Source: Pseudomonadota bacterium
Lineage (GTDB): Bacteria > Bdellovibrionota_G > JALEGL01 > DATDPG01
Assembly (NCBI GenBank): GCA_043804515.1
Contig: JAZDIZ010000079.1
Span: 1-21,086 of the forward strand
Direction: 5' to 3'
DNA: 21,086 bases
This document shows positions 1 to 8,804 of the stretch, piece by piece; position 1 is the stretch's first letter, and every line of letters starts with the position of its first letter. The position numbers and the translations under genes were made by a program. The notes under the pieces are model-generated. The model ran no database searches, was not told the DNA's origin, and saw only the letters and a program-made list of their open reading frames with translations.

Positions 1-168
1 CGGAGATGCAAAAGCTGTTATCTTCTCCAGTTCGACCATATGGATCCCTACTTCTCGGGAGGGTCCTCGGACGAAGAGAACATCAGACATTTGTGCCGGA
101 TGCACAATCAGTATCTCGCGGGAAGAATGTTTCAGTCCGAATCCGAAGTGCTTTCGAGCGGCCTCTAG
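1..168 (+). CDS. HNH endonuclease, C-terminal part only (5'-truncated by window)
   Basis: Frame +1 read by hand: RRCKSCYLLQFDHMDPYFSGGSSDEENIRHLCRMHNQYLAGRMFQSESEVLSSGL*, TAG at 166-168. Fits the HNH pattern DH-x2-P-x3-GG-x5-N-x3-LC-x2-HN. Not in the ORF track. Confidence 0.85.
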   Translation, partial: RRCKSCYLLQFDHMDPYFSGGSSDEENIRHLCRMHNQYLAGRMFQSESEVLSSGL

Positions 169-329
169 CGGCCGAAGAAGTCTCCGCCTCGCTCCTCGCT
201 AAACAACTGCTGAAAATGATCCGCAGACCTTCAAAAAATCTCGGCCCACTTCACTGGCAAAGCGCGCGAGTCCACCCACCCTTAACCGATTTCTGATTCT
301 GATTCCTGATGCCGGACAACGGGTCCTTT

Positions 330-1517
330 TCAATAGTTCTTGAGAATCGGGATCACGGTCGTCTGGATCGGCTGGCCGTACACCATGACATCCGTTTCAC
401 CGACATAAACGTCGATCTCGGTCCGGACGCCGAATTCCTTCATGTAAATGCCCGGCTCGATCGAGAAACACGTGTGAGGGATCACCTTCCGCTCCTCCCG
501 CGTTTCATAGTTGTCCATGTGGGCGCCGTTTCCGTGGACGTCCGCGCCGATGTTGTGGCCGGTCCGGTGGATGAAGTATTCGCCGTACCCGCTCTTGGAA
601 ATATGGTTCCGGGCGGCATCGTCCACGTCCGCGCCGATCAATTTCCGGCCCGCCCGGACGGATTCCTCCACAAGGCGAAGCGACGCGTCCCGCGCTCCGC
701 GCACGATCTGAAAAATTTGCTCGTACTTGTCCGGCACGGTTTCGTCCACGACGCCGGTCCAGGTGATGTCGGCGTAGACCGCTTTCTCCGTGCCTTCCTT
801 CGCCCAGATGTCGAGCAGGAGGAAATCGCCCTTGCGTACCGGAAGATGGATCTCTTTCGTCGGTCCGTAGTGCGGGTTTCCCGAGTTCGGACCCACGGCG
901 GCGATCGGCCGGCTGTCCGACACCAGGTGGTTGGATGAAAAGCGGTTCCAGATGAATTCCTGGACGTCGTACTCCGTCAGCTTCGAACCTTTACGGATTT
1001 CCTGAGCCACGTGACGGAACGTCTCGTCCACGATGGTGCGGAGAACTTTCGCCGCCCGGATGTGGGTTTGAAGCTGCTCATCGCTCCATGCCGACTCGAA
1101 CTGTTGGATCAAATCCGCCGCCGGATGGACCCGTACTCCCATTGAGGTCACCAGCTCCACAGTCCCGGCGTCCACGCGGGAGCAATACGGGATCGCATTG
1201 CGAGGGGAGTAGTTCATGGCGACGGTCTTGGCGGAGCCGAGGATCTTCTTGAGACCCGCGTCCAGCTCCTTCCAAGCCGCGAAAAAGTGGGATTCCCCCG
1301 GAAGATGCTCCAAGGAATTCGGCTCGATCTTGTGCATCAGCTTCCTGGGCGATCCTTCTTTCGGGACGAAGTAGTACCACCGGCGCGTAAGGAAGTTGCT
1401 CTCCGGAATTTCGACGATTCTTCGAGAGGTCGGATCGAGGCCCTGGAAATCGTAAAAGAGCCAGCCGTCCAGGCGCTCGGCTTGGATCGCCTTCTGCACC
1501 TTTTCGAGCGGAAACAT
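330..1517 (-). CDS. M24 family metallopeptidase (Xaa-Pro aminopeptidase-like)
   Basis: Motifs GNPHY, LLDIWAK..YADITW, HRTGHNIG, FSIEPGIY, GVRTE. ATG at 1517 overlaps the aldolase TGA; alternative GTG at 1520. Confidence 0.9.
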   Translation of the reverse strand: MFPLEKVQKAIQAERLDGWLFYDFQGLDPTSRRIVEIPESNFLTRRWYYFVPKEGSPRKLMHKIEPNSLEHLPGESHFFAAWKELDAGLKKILGSAKTVAMNYSPRNAIPYCSRVDAGTVELVTSMGVRVHPAADLIQQFESAWSDEQLQTHIRAAKVLRTIVDETFRHVAQEIRKGSKLTEYDVQEFIWNRFSSNHLVSDSRPIAAVGPNSGNPHYGPTKEIHLPVRKGDFLLLDIWAKEGTEKAVYADITWTGVVDETVPDKYEQIFQIVRGARDASLRLVEESVRAGRKLIGADVDDAARNHISKSGYGEYFIHRTGHNIGADVHGNGAHMDNYETREERKVIPHTCFSIEPGIYMKEFGVRTEIDVYVGETDVMVYGQPIQTTVIPILKNY

Positions 1518-2926
1518 CACACCACCGCCAATCTTTGGAGTTCCTCCGGAAGAGGGAGGACGGCTTTCACCACGTCCGTGTTGTCCACGATTCCTTCCAG
1601 GCTTCCGTTCACATCGAGCCTTCGGAAGAGTTTTTCGAAGATTTGCTGCAGATCCCTCCGGATCGCGCCTCGGGTCGCTTCATCCAGATCCCAAAGCCTT
1701 TGCTTGAACGTGCCGAACGCCCGTTTCCGGATCCGGTAGAGGAACTGGGCGTCGGTTTCCCCCAGCCTCCGCTGCACCCCGAACTCCCGAAAGAGGTGAT
1801 CGATGATCTCCTGGTAGAGGCCCTCCGGAAAATGCCCGCCGTCAAAGACGAAATTCTGGAATGCCGTCGAGAGATGAATCTCGGCGGCGTTCGCTTGAGG
1901 GAAGCCGTCGAATTGCTTGTCCGCAAGCGTCGAAGCGCCGTGTTGAACGGCCCCGGCCAGCTTATAGGCCGAGATGGCGAGCTTCGAGAGCTCCTCCAAA
2001 GTCTTGAAATCCACCTCCATGCGCGAGGGTTTCCCGTCCGCATCCGGAACGCCCCCGTGCTGCGTCCCCGTTTGAACGCTCACCTTTGAAAGGCCTTCCA
2101 CGGCGCCGGCCGGGGAACCAAGCGCGGCAATCGTGCCGTCCAGAAACACCCGGAGTTCGTCCAGCGTGGACTTCTTCTTCCCGACCTCCCCGATTTCGCC
2201 CCCGATGGCAACCGTGACGTCTTTGGGTTGGTGCTTCCGGATGAAGCGGATCATATGGGCCGTCTGCGCGCAATTGAGTTTCTGCTGTTCCTCGAGGGTC
2301 GCCGCGTTCGGCTCCACCAACGTGGAAGCGTCGATATCCAGATTGAAAAATCCCGCTTCCATGGCTTCCACCGACAACCGTTCAAGCGCCGCGGTCTCCT
2401 CCTCGGGCTTCGCGCGGAAGCGTTCGGCGTCGAACTGGAAATGATCCCCCTGCAGGAACACCGGTCCCGTGAAACCCTCACGCAACGCCGCGGCCAGGAT
2501 GACGGCCGCGTACTCGGCGGGCCGTTGGTCCGTATAGCCGATCTCCGACCGCGAGATCTCGAAAATGAACGCCCTCGTGTTCGTGGCCAACGCCGCCCGG
2601 CAAAGGGAACGGGCGAGATCGTACGTGAGGCCGCGGAGGTTGAACGCGGGCACCGTGATCTTTTGAAATTTCCCCTCCCCTTTCAACTTGTAGAAATCGT
2701 AGATGGAAGCCGGAACGACCCCCGCCACCAACCCCAACGTGCGGATCAACCAGCGGGCGAACCCGCGGACCTGCTCGTCCGGATGAAAAACGGCGATGTA
2801 CGTCAGCCGGTCGAGATGGTGCTCGCGGAAGCGCTTCCAATCCGAAGCGTAGATATCGTCCGCCGCGTTGAATACGACGGAGTCACGAAGCGAAGCGACC
2901 AGTTCGGAGATCGAGGGAAAGTCCAT
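1517..2926 (-). CDS. Class II fructose-bisphosphate aldolase family protein with N-terminal extension
   Basis: VPAFN, QGDH, GEIGEVG, TGTQHGG, VQHGAST motifs of Zn-dependent class II aldolases; 469 aa, with about 90 aa before the barrel. Confidence 0.85.
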   Translation of the reverse strand: MDFPSISELVASLRDSVVFNAADDIYASDWKRFREHHLDRLTYIAVFHPDEQVRGFARWLIRTLGLVAGVVPASIYDFYKLKGEGKFQKITVPAFNLRGLTYDLARSLCRAALATNTRAFIFEISRSEIGYTDQRPAEYAAVILAAALREGFTGPVFLQGDHFQFDAERFRAKPEEETAALERLSVEAMEAGFFNLDIDASTLVEPNAATLEEQQKLNCAQTAHMIRFIRKHQPKDVTVAIGGEIGEVGKKKSTLDELRVFLDGTIAALGSPAGAVEGLSKVSVQTGTQHGGVPDADGKPSRMEVDFKTLEELSKLAISAYKLAGAVQHGASTLADKQFDGFPQANAAEIHLSTAFQNFVFDGGHFPEGLYQEIIDHLFREFGVQRRLGETDAQFLYRIRKRAFGTFKQRLWDLDEATRGAIRRDLQQIFEKLFRRLDVNGSLEGIVDNTDVVKAVLPLPEELQRLAVV

Positions 2927-2957
2927 GCTTGTGCCGTACCGTATTCAAACGCCTCTC

Positions 2958-4277
2958 TCAGGTCAATTGCTGAACGTGACCGGCCGCCGTGTGGCCGCTC
3001 GCGACCGCCCCTTCGATCGTGGCCGGAAGCCCGGTTGCCGTCCAATCCCCCGCCAGGAACAGGTTGGGGACGGGGGTCGGGCACTTCAAACGCGACTCGG
3101 GGCCGCCGAGGGGAGGAACCCACGTGGCCTCGCTCTCCCGCACGCAAACGGCCCGCACGGCTCTTACCGTACGGCCCGCGACGACGCCCATTTCGTTCTC
3201 GCCCCGGCGGATCAAGTCTGCTCTCGAAAGAGAAAGCATCCGGCGGGCCGCGGAGGCTACCAAACAGAAGTGCCGGGTTTCCGGTGCCGCCAAAATCGCC
3301 TTCAAGCGGAACGCCCAATGGTATTCCTGGCTCCATAGACCCACGAACGCGGATTCAAACGGCTCGCAATCGAACCAAACGTGGAGAGACACGATCGGCG
3401 AGGAAACCATTTTCCGGGCGGGCGCCAGGAAGTCCGGCAAGCCTTGGGGCGCATCGCGGACAAGCTGGAACAGCGCCGGGGGCGGAACCGCGAACAGGAA
3501 GGCCTTGGCCTTTTCACGGGACCCGTCGGCCAATTCGACCGCCTCGATCTTTCCCTCCGCAAAGATCGGTCTCTTTACGATGCTCCGCGTGCGCACTTCG
3601 CCTTCGTGTGCCTCCAGGAACGCCCGCGACGGCTCGCCGTGCAACTCCGAAAGCCCCACAGCGGAAAGCCCGACCCGCGAAGACTCACGGGAGTCCAGGA
3701 AACCCTTTTCAAGCACCGTGGCCAGAAGCCTCGCAGGGGCCGACCCCGGATCGATGTTGAGCGTGGCCAGCGTCAATGGATCCCACAAACGCGCACGGGC
3801 GCGCTCGCCCTGTCCCTCGCGGGCCAGCCACTCCGACACGCTGATCGAGTCCAATTCGGCATCCCGGCGACGGGCCGCCCGGGCCACCCGAAAGGTTCGG
3901 ATCCTCTCACCAAGCGTAAGGGCCCGGTACCGCAAAAGGGCGGATGCGATATTCCACGGCGCCGGAAGAGCGGAGGTGCGAAGAAAAGCGTGCTGTCCGT
4001 CCGGGCCGGACATCCGCGCCTCGAACGACGGTAGAAAGTGCAGCAGAGGAAGGGACCCGAGACGGTTCAGGTAGATCAGCGTCTGGCGATATGCCCCCAA
4101 GAAAAGATGTTGCCCGTTGTCCAGTGTTTCGCCCGTGGGCCGGTCACGGAATGACGACGCCCGTCCCCCCAAAAGGGGCCGCCGCTCCAGAACGAGAACC
4201 TTCTTTCCGGCATCGGCCAAAGCCGTGGCTGCGGAAAGCCCCGCGCAACCCGCTCCAACCACGATGACGTCCCACAT
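2958..4277 (-). CDS. hpnE: Hydroxysqualene dehydroxylase HpnE
   Basis: Starts MWDVIVVGAGCAG (GxGxxG); LGGRASSF, LDNGQHLFLGAY, LAGDWTATGLPATIEGAVASG; directly after hpnCD. Start moved from 4421 to ATG 4277. Confidence 0.92.
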   Translation of the reverse strand: MWDVIVVGAGCAGLSAATALADAGKKVLVLERRPLLGGRASSFRDRPTGETLDNGQHLFLGAYRQTLIYLNRLGSLPLLHFLPSFEARMSGPDGQHAFLRTSALPAPWNIASALLRYRALTLGERIRTFRVARAARRRDAELDSISVSEWLAREGQGERARARLWDPLTLATLNIDPGSAPARLLATVLEKGFLDSRESSRVGLSAVGLSELHGEPSRAFLEAHEGEVRTRSIVKRPIFAEGKIEAVELADGSREKAKAFLFAVPPPALFQLVRDAPQGLPDFLAPARKMVSSPIVSLHVWFDCEPFESAFVGLWSQEYHWAFRLKAILAAPETRHFCLVASAARRMLSLSRADLIRRGENEMGVVAGRTVRAVRAVCVRESEATWVPPLGGPESRLKCPTPVPNLFLAGDWTATGLPATIEGAVASGHTAAGHVQQLT

Positions 4278-4288
4278 GATCGGGGATC

Positions 4289-5131
4289 CTACCAACCTTT
4301 GCAAAAAAGGTGTGGGAACCAGATGGACGATGCGATGCAGAGTTTCCTCAATTTCGGAACTGAGACCCTGGCACCGAACATGCGGTATTGGCGGGATTCG
4401 ATGCGCCTGAGCAATGCCCAATACAGGCGGCGCATCAGTTCCGCAGCGGGGTACCGCCGCCGTTCCTTAGCCGAAAGGGCCTTGGCGGCCTCCACGTAGA
4501 ACGTCTCCGCGCGTTCCTTCTGAAACCGCATCAGTGCGACGAACCGTTCGTTGTACTGCGAACGGAGGAGTTCCCTCTCGCCGTATCCGAAACGCTCCAG
4601 GTCGGATTGGGGCAAATAAATCCGATCCATCTTCGCATCCGCGACGACGTCCCGCAGGATGTTTGTGAGTTGCAGTGCCCGCCCGGTCGCGAATGCGTAG
4701 ACCGCCGTCTCCTTTCGGTCGCCCCCGAAAATCGCCATCGAAGCGAGCCCAACCGCGGACGCCACGCCGTCACAATAGGAAAGCAGCTCCTCGAACGTCG
4801 CGTACCTCTTCTTGGAAAGATCCATCTCCACGCCGTCCACGATCCAGCGCAGGTCTTCCACGTGGATCGGAAACCGGACCAACGCCTCCGATAGATCCTT
4901 TGCGACTTGCGGGTCGAACACCGAGGGGCGCGAAATCCGGTCCAGAATGCTCCTCCATCGGTCGAGTTCGTCGCGAGCCACCGCCGGGTTCTTCGCCTGG
5001 TCCACGATGTCGTCCACCGTGCGGCAAAACGCGTAGAGCGCCTCAAGCCCCTCCCGTTGGCGCTTCTCCAGGCCCCAGAAGGCCCAGGAGAAATTCGACC
5101 GGCTCTTTTTGACGATCGAGGCGGAGTTCAC
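4289..5131 (-). CDS. hpnD: Presqualene diphosphate synthase HpnD
   Basis: SRSNFSWAF, LYAFCRTVDDIVD, ALQLTNILRDV, RIYLP. GTG at 5131 overlaps the hpnC stop (GTGA); 280 aa. Confidence 0.88.
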   Translation of the reverse strand: MNSASIVKKSRSNFSWAFWGLEKRQREGLEALYAFCRTVDDIVDQAKNPAVARDELDRWRSILDRISRPSVFDPQVAKDLSEALVRFPIHVEDLRWIVDGVEMDLSKKRYATFEELLSYCDGVASAVGLASMAIFGGDRKETAVYAFATGRALQLTNILRDVVADAKMDRIYLPQSDLERFGYGERELLRSQYNERFVALMRFQKERAETFYVEAAKALSAKERRRYPAAELMRRLYWALLRRIESRQYRMFGARVSVPKLRKLCIASSIWFPHLFCKGW

Positions 5132-6018
5132 TGGGACCTTCTCCACGTAAGTGCGCGGAACAGCATCGCGCCCTGATCCAACCACCGGAGGGAAGGCCGT
5201 CGGCGGAACACGTCGTAGCCGTTCCTTTCGATCCGATCCAGGATGCGCATGCCTCCGGACCAGACCAGGCGGAGTTCCATCCGAAGGTCGGGACCCACCC
5301 GATCGCAAAGCGCCCTTCCCTGCCGGAACATCGCCCGTGTCCGCTCGATTTCGAACGCCATAAGCCGCCGGAACCGGTCGTCTACTACGCCCCGGCCCAA
5401 ATCGTCTTCGGTGTACGCGAAACGCGCCATATCGTCCTGGGGGAGATAGACCCGGTTTTTTACCCAATCGACCGCCACGTCCTGCCAAAAGTTGGCGAAT
5501 TGGAGCGCCGAGCAAATGCGGTCCGACAGCGCGAATTCCTCGGACCCACGGCAGCCGTGAAGCCAGAGCACGAGGCGCCCCACGGGGTTTGCGGAAAGTT
5601 CGGCGTATCGGAGGATCGAATCAAACGTGGCGTGACGGTTCTGTCTCACGTCCGTCTCGAACGCCCGGATCAGATCCTCCAGCCATTCCACAGGCACATT
5701 TTTCCGCCGGATCGTTTCGGAGAGCGCGATGAAGACGGGATGCGTCGCCTTTCCTTCCGCCGCCTCGTGGAGAAGCCTGCGCCATTCGCCCAGCCGTTCC
5801 AGGCGGGAACCTTCGTGCTCCGGCTCGTCGGCAAAATCGTCCGCCGTGCGCGCGAATGCGTAGACGGCCTGGATGTCGGGCCGGATCGCGGCGGGGATCC
5901 ATCGGGAGCCGACGGGAAAATTCTCGTAATGCCGTTTCGTCAGCTGCGCGCAGAAGTCGCGTGCCTCCGCAGACATTCCCGAAGCGGGAACCTGAGCCTC
6001 CATGCGGGGGCGGATCAT
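5128..6018 (-). CDS. hpnC: Hydroxysqualene synthase HpnC
   Basis: HYENFPVGS, YAFARTADDFADE, SANPVGRLVL, SDRICSALQFANFWQDV. The true start may be a later Met. Confidence 0.92.
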   Translation of the reverse strand: MIRPRMEAQVPASGMSAEARDFCAQLTKRHYENFPVGSRWIPAAIRPDIQAVYAFARTADDFADEPEHEGSRLERLGEWRRLLHEAAEGKATHPVFIALSETIRRKNVPVEWLEDLIRAFETDVRQNRHATFDSILRYAELSANPVGRLVLWLHGCRGSEEFALSDRICSALQFANFWQDVAVDWVKNRVYLPQDDMARFAYTEDDLGRGVVDDRFRRLMAFEIERTRAMFRQGRALCDRVGPDLRMELRLVWSGGMRILDRIERNGYDVFRRRPSLRWLDQGAMLFRALTWRRSQ

Positions 6019-6087
6019 ACGGACTGGCCGAGTCTAAGACAACTTCCTCCCCCTCTTGCGGAGGAGGCGCCCTTGAGCGGCGTCAGC

Positions 6088-7416
6088 TCAGAAATTACCG
6101 TGATTGTTGATGATGATCGTCCCGGATTGGTTCGAGTTCTGCAGTTCCCGCACGCCGAAATAGATCCCCACTCCGGCTCCCGCAATCAGGGGCCAGATCC
6201 ACCAGTTTTCGTACCACTGCTTCGGAGGAGGGGGAGCGGCCATCGTTTCCTGCCTGGGACGTTCGGCCCCGCCGACCGTCAGATCCTTAAGCGATCCCAT
6301 CAGATCCGCCCCCGACCCGGGGCTCACGTATCCGTCGGGCCGGATAAGCTTCATGAGTTCTTTCGCGACGTCTTGCGCGCTGCCTTGGAAGTCGCTCGTA
6401 TCGTTCCCCATCTCGGACACCACGACGCGGGAGAAGTCGCTCGTGCGAACGTCGTAGAGCTGTCCCAAGAGGCGGTATCCCCCTTCCCGCTTCACCTGCG
6501 CCAAAAGGACGATCTGCGCCCCCACCGATTCCGCAAGGCCCCGTACGACTGAAACGTCGTCCGCCTGCTGATCGACGCCCTCCCTCACTCGCAGGCTGTG
6601 CATGAGTTCCAGGTCCTCCGATGCCGGTTTGAGGCGCACCTCAATGGACTGCACCCGCCGGGAGAGATTGACGGGTTGGTACCAGGGGAATACGCCTTCC
6701 TTTTCCACCAGGATGAAGTACTCGGTGGGGAGAAGGCGAAGTTCCAGCGGCGTAGAGCCGCTTCTCTTTCCGTTGATGAAAACCGAGGCCGCGGATGGAT
6801 TCGACTCGATCCTAAGCCGCACGGGCTCCTGCGAAAGGACCTCCTGTCTCACGCTCGAAAAGAGCGCCATCATTTTCGGTGCGAAGTCACGGCTCGCAAG
6901 CTGTCGCTGCGGGTCCAGATAAACCACCCGGCGGAATTCTTCCTTGGCTTTGTCTTCCTTTTTGAGGGCCGCATAAGCCACGCCGAGATAGAGATGGACG
7001 TCGATGAGATCCCGGTTCGAGCGAAGGGCGTTGAGGTTCAAAATGAACTGGCGGCGCGCTTCCTCCAGAAGGGAGAGGGCCCGATTCATCTCGAGGCTGT
7101 TGTAGGCTTTCTTGCCGCGGTTCAGGAGCTCCCGTGCTTCCGCAAGCTTCTCCTTCGATCCGCCGTTGATCCGGGCCGCCGTGCGGCGCTCTCTCCATCC
7201 CGCCATTTCACGTTCGGGTATCGATTGAACCCGGTTCTCTTTCGAGAATGCTTCCGCAAAAGCATTGCGGAACGAAACGCGCTGCCCGAACAGATCCTCC
7301 GGTAGGTCCATGTCCACCACCGCCAAACGCGGACGCGTCTGTTCCTTGGCGCCGAGGGACGGGGGAAAACCCAGCAAAAAACAGAGAATCAGAATGAGGG
7401 CGTTCCGGGGAGTCAT
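6088..7416 (-). CDS. PEGA domain / TPR-like exported protein with C-terminal membrane anchor (paralogue 1)
   Basis: Signal-peptide-like N-terminus MTPRNALILILCFLLG; TPR-like HLYLGVAY..EFRRVVYLDP; PEGA LRIESNPSAASVFINGKRSGSTP; WYENWWIW + hydrophobic helix. ATG 7416 overlaps the upstream stop (ATGA). Confidence 0.82.
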   Translation of the reverse strand: MTPRNALILILCFLLGFPPSLGAKEQTRPRLAVVDMDLPEDLFGQRVSFRNAFAEAFSKENRVQSIPEREMAGWRERRTAARINGGSKEKLAEARELLNRGKKAYNSLEMNRALSLLEEARRQFILNLNALRSNRDLIDVHLYLGVAYAALKKEDKAKEEFRRVVYLDPQRQLASRDFAPKMMALFSSVRQEVLSQEPVRLRIESNPSAASVFINGKRSGSTPLELRLLPTEYFILVEKEGVFPWYQPVNLSRRVQSIEVRLKPASEDLELMHSLRVREGVDQQADDVSVVRGLAESVGAQIVLLAQVKREGGYRLLGQLYDVRTSDFSRVVVSEMGNDTSDFQGSAQDVAKELMKLIRPDGYVSPGSGADLMGSLKDLTVGGAERPRQETMAAPPPPKQWYENWWIWPLIAGAGVGIYFGVRELQNSNQSGTIIINNHGNF

Positions 7417-8747
7417 TTTCCCGGCACCGTCAGGGTCAGAGTGCTGCTGCCGGCCCCGCTCTTCCCCACGTCCGTGAACAGGAGCACGGCGCCCACGGCC
7501 GCGCCCAAACCCAGCGCGACGCCCCCCCAGAGCCACGGGTTCTCATACCATGCCCTCCGTGTAGAGGGATTCGGCGCCCGCAGTACCTGGGCCGGTTGCT
7601 CGCTCAGACGTCCTTCGGGCTGAGGTTTCAGATTCGCCGGCAGGCTTTCCGTCTGGGCGACTTCAGGTTTGGGTACGGGCAGGGCCAGCGTTTTCCGGCT
7701 CGAGACATACCCATCCCGGTCGAGATGGCCCAAGAGCTTTCGGGCCAGGCCCGAAGCTGTCTTGTCCCGTTCGATCGTAGTGACTTCCTGGCTCCGTTGG
7801 TCGTACAGCTGTGCACTTACCTGCCCTTGTTCCGGGGCGAGCAGGACGAAGATGTCTCCTCCCAGAGCCAGGCCCATCTCGTCCAAAAAAGCCGCCCGCT
7901 CGTGATCGATGTCGGAAGCCGTATTCACCGGAGAGAAGAAGCGGACCGGGTCGACCTTCCGAACGGGCTTGAGATCCACCACCACCCGATTTTCTCCCGC
8001 CACCACCGTCTGGGCCGCAACGTAGGGCTCTCTTCCCTCCGCCTCCACACGCACGAAGTGCTCCCCGGCAGGCAACTCGCCCGCGCGAACCGGAGCGGCT
8101 CCGGCGGATTTCCCGTCGACGTAAACCAGTTCGCCGCCGGAGGGCGTGGAGACCTCCAGATCCCCTTTCGGCATTTGTCCCACCTGCCGGCGCGCCTCAT
8201 CGTAAAGCTTGCGGACCTCGTTTGAATAGAGTTTCTCGGACAGTTTCCGTGTCTTTCGCTCGGGGTCGAGAACGAGGGCCTGAAGCAGCTCCTCGCGGGC
8301 CCGGGATCTTTCCTTCTTCGCCAGATACGACATCGCGAGATAAAACTGGGCCGCGCGCAGGCCTTCGAACGCCCCTTCGTCGGACAGGCTGTTTCGGAAC
8401 GCCGACTTCGCCTTGACCAGCTTCTTGATTGCGGAATCCACGTCCAGGCCTCGGTAAGCCGCCATCCCCTGCTTGAGAAATGTCGAAGCACTCGTGTCCT
8501 TCTTGGGTGCGGACGCCGGAGCCATTCTTTCCCGGAGAAACGTGTCCACGGCGGCGCCCTCGATAACCGAAACGTCTCCCGTGTCCCTGAATGCTGCGGC
8601 AAGCGCCGTCCTCGCAGGCTCATTGGAAGCCCCCGCGAGAGGCGGCACGATCAACGTGGGCTTTCCTTCCGCTCGCACGCCGGAGATCGGAAAGGCCAGC
8701 GCGACCGAGAGCAACAAGGCCAAAGAACGCAGGTGGAAATTCCTCAT
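7413..8747 (-). CDS. PEGA domain / TPR-like exported protein with C-terminal membrane anchor (paralogue 2)
   Basis: Signal peptide MRNFHLRSLALLLSVALAFPISGVRA; QFYLAMSY..ALVLDP; PEGA GDLEVSTPSGGELVYVDGKSAGAAP; WYENPWLW + TM. Start reassigned to ATG 8747. Confidence 0.82.
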   Translation of the reverse strand: MRNFHLRSLALLLSVALAFPISGVRAEGKPTLIVPPLAGASNEPARTALAAAFRDTGDVSVIEGAAVDTFLRERMAPASAPKKDTSASTFLKQGMAAYRGLDVDSAIKKLVKAKSAFRNSLSDEGAFEGLRAAQFYLAMSYLAKKERSRAREELLQALVLDPERKTRKLSEKLYSNEVRKLYDEARRQVGQMPKGDLEVSTPSGGELVYVDGKSAGAAPVRAGELPAGEHFVRVEAEGREPYVAAQTVVAGENRVVVDLKPVRKVDPVRFFSPVNTASDIDHERAAFLDEMGLALGGDIFVLLAPEQGQVSAQLYDQRSQEVTTIERDKTASGLARKLLGHLDRDGYVSSRKTLALPVPKPEVAQTESLPANLKPQPEGRLSEQPAQVLRAPNPSTRRAWYENPWLWGGVALGLGAAVGAVLLFTDVGKSGAGSSTLTLTVPGK

Positions 8748-8760
8748 GGGTGGGACGATT

Positions 8761-8791
8761 ATTGTACCACTCCTTTGAGTGCCTGTAGACT
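8761..8791. promoter_or_regulatory. Candidate overlapping divergent sigma-70 promoters
   Basis: Minus strand extended -10 TGGTACAAT (8769-8761). Plus strand -10 TAGACT (8786-8791) with TTGTAC (8762-8767). Both lie in the 57-bp gap between divergent starts. Confidence 0.4.
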
Positions 8792-8804
8792 GCGGACGGG
8801 AATT

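Noticed and set aside
6..296. 96-aa ORF in the track
   Set aside because: No recognisable motif; it overlaps the frame +1 HNH reading, which is far more convincing.
293..310. CTGATT-like short tandem repeat
   Set aside because: Only about three imperfect 6-7 bp units; compatible with chance.
2228..3760. Long antisense or alternative-frame ORFs (also 5500-6552, 9536-10711, 11671-12921, 13562-14560)
   Set aside because: Arg/Pro/Gly-rich shadow ORFs expected in high-GC coding DNA, overlapping well-supported genes.
4289..5515. 408-aa extended HpnD (and similar extensions of HpnE, PEGA, DUF192 and FHA ORFs) as fusions or frameshifts
   Set aside because: The extensions lie inside upstream genes; internal starts at or next to the upstream stop codons explain them.
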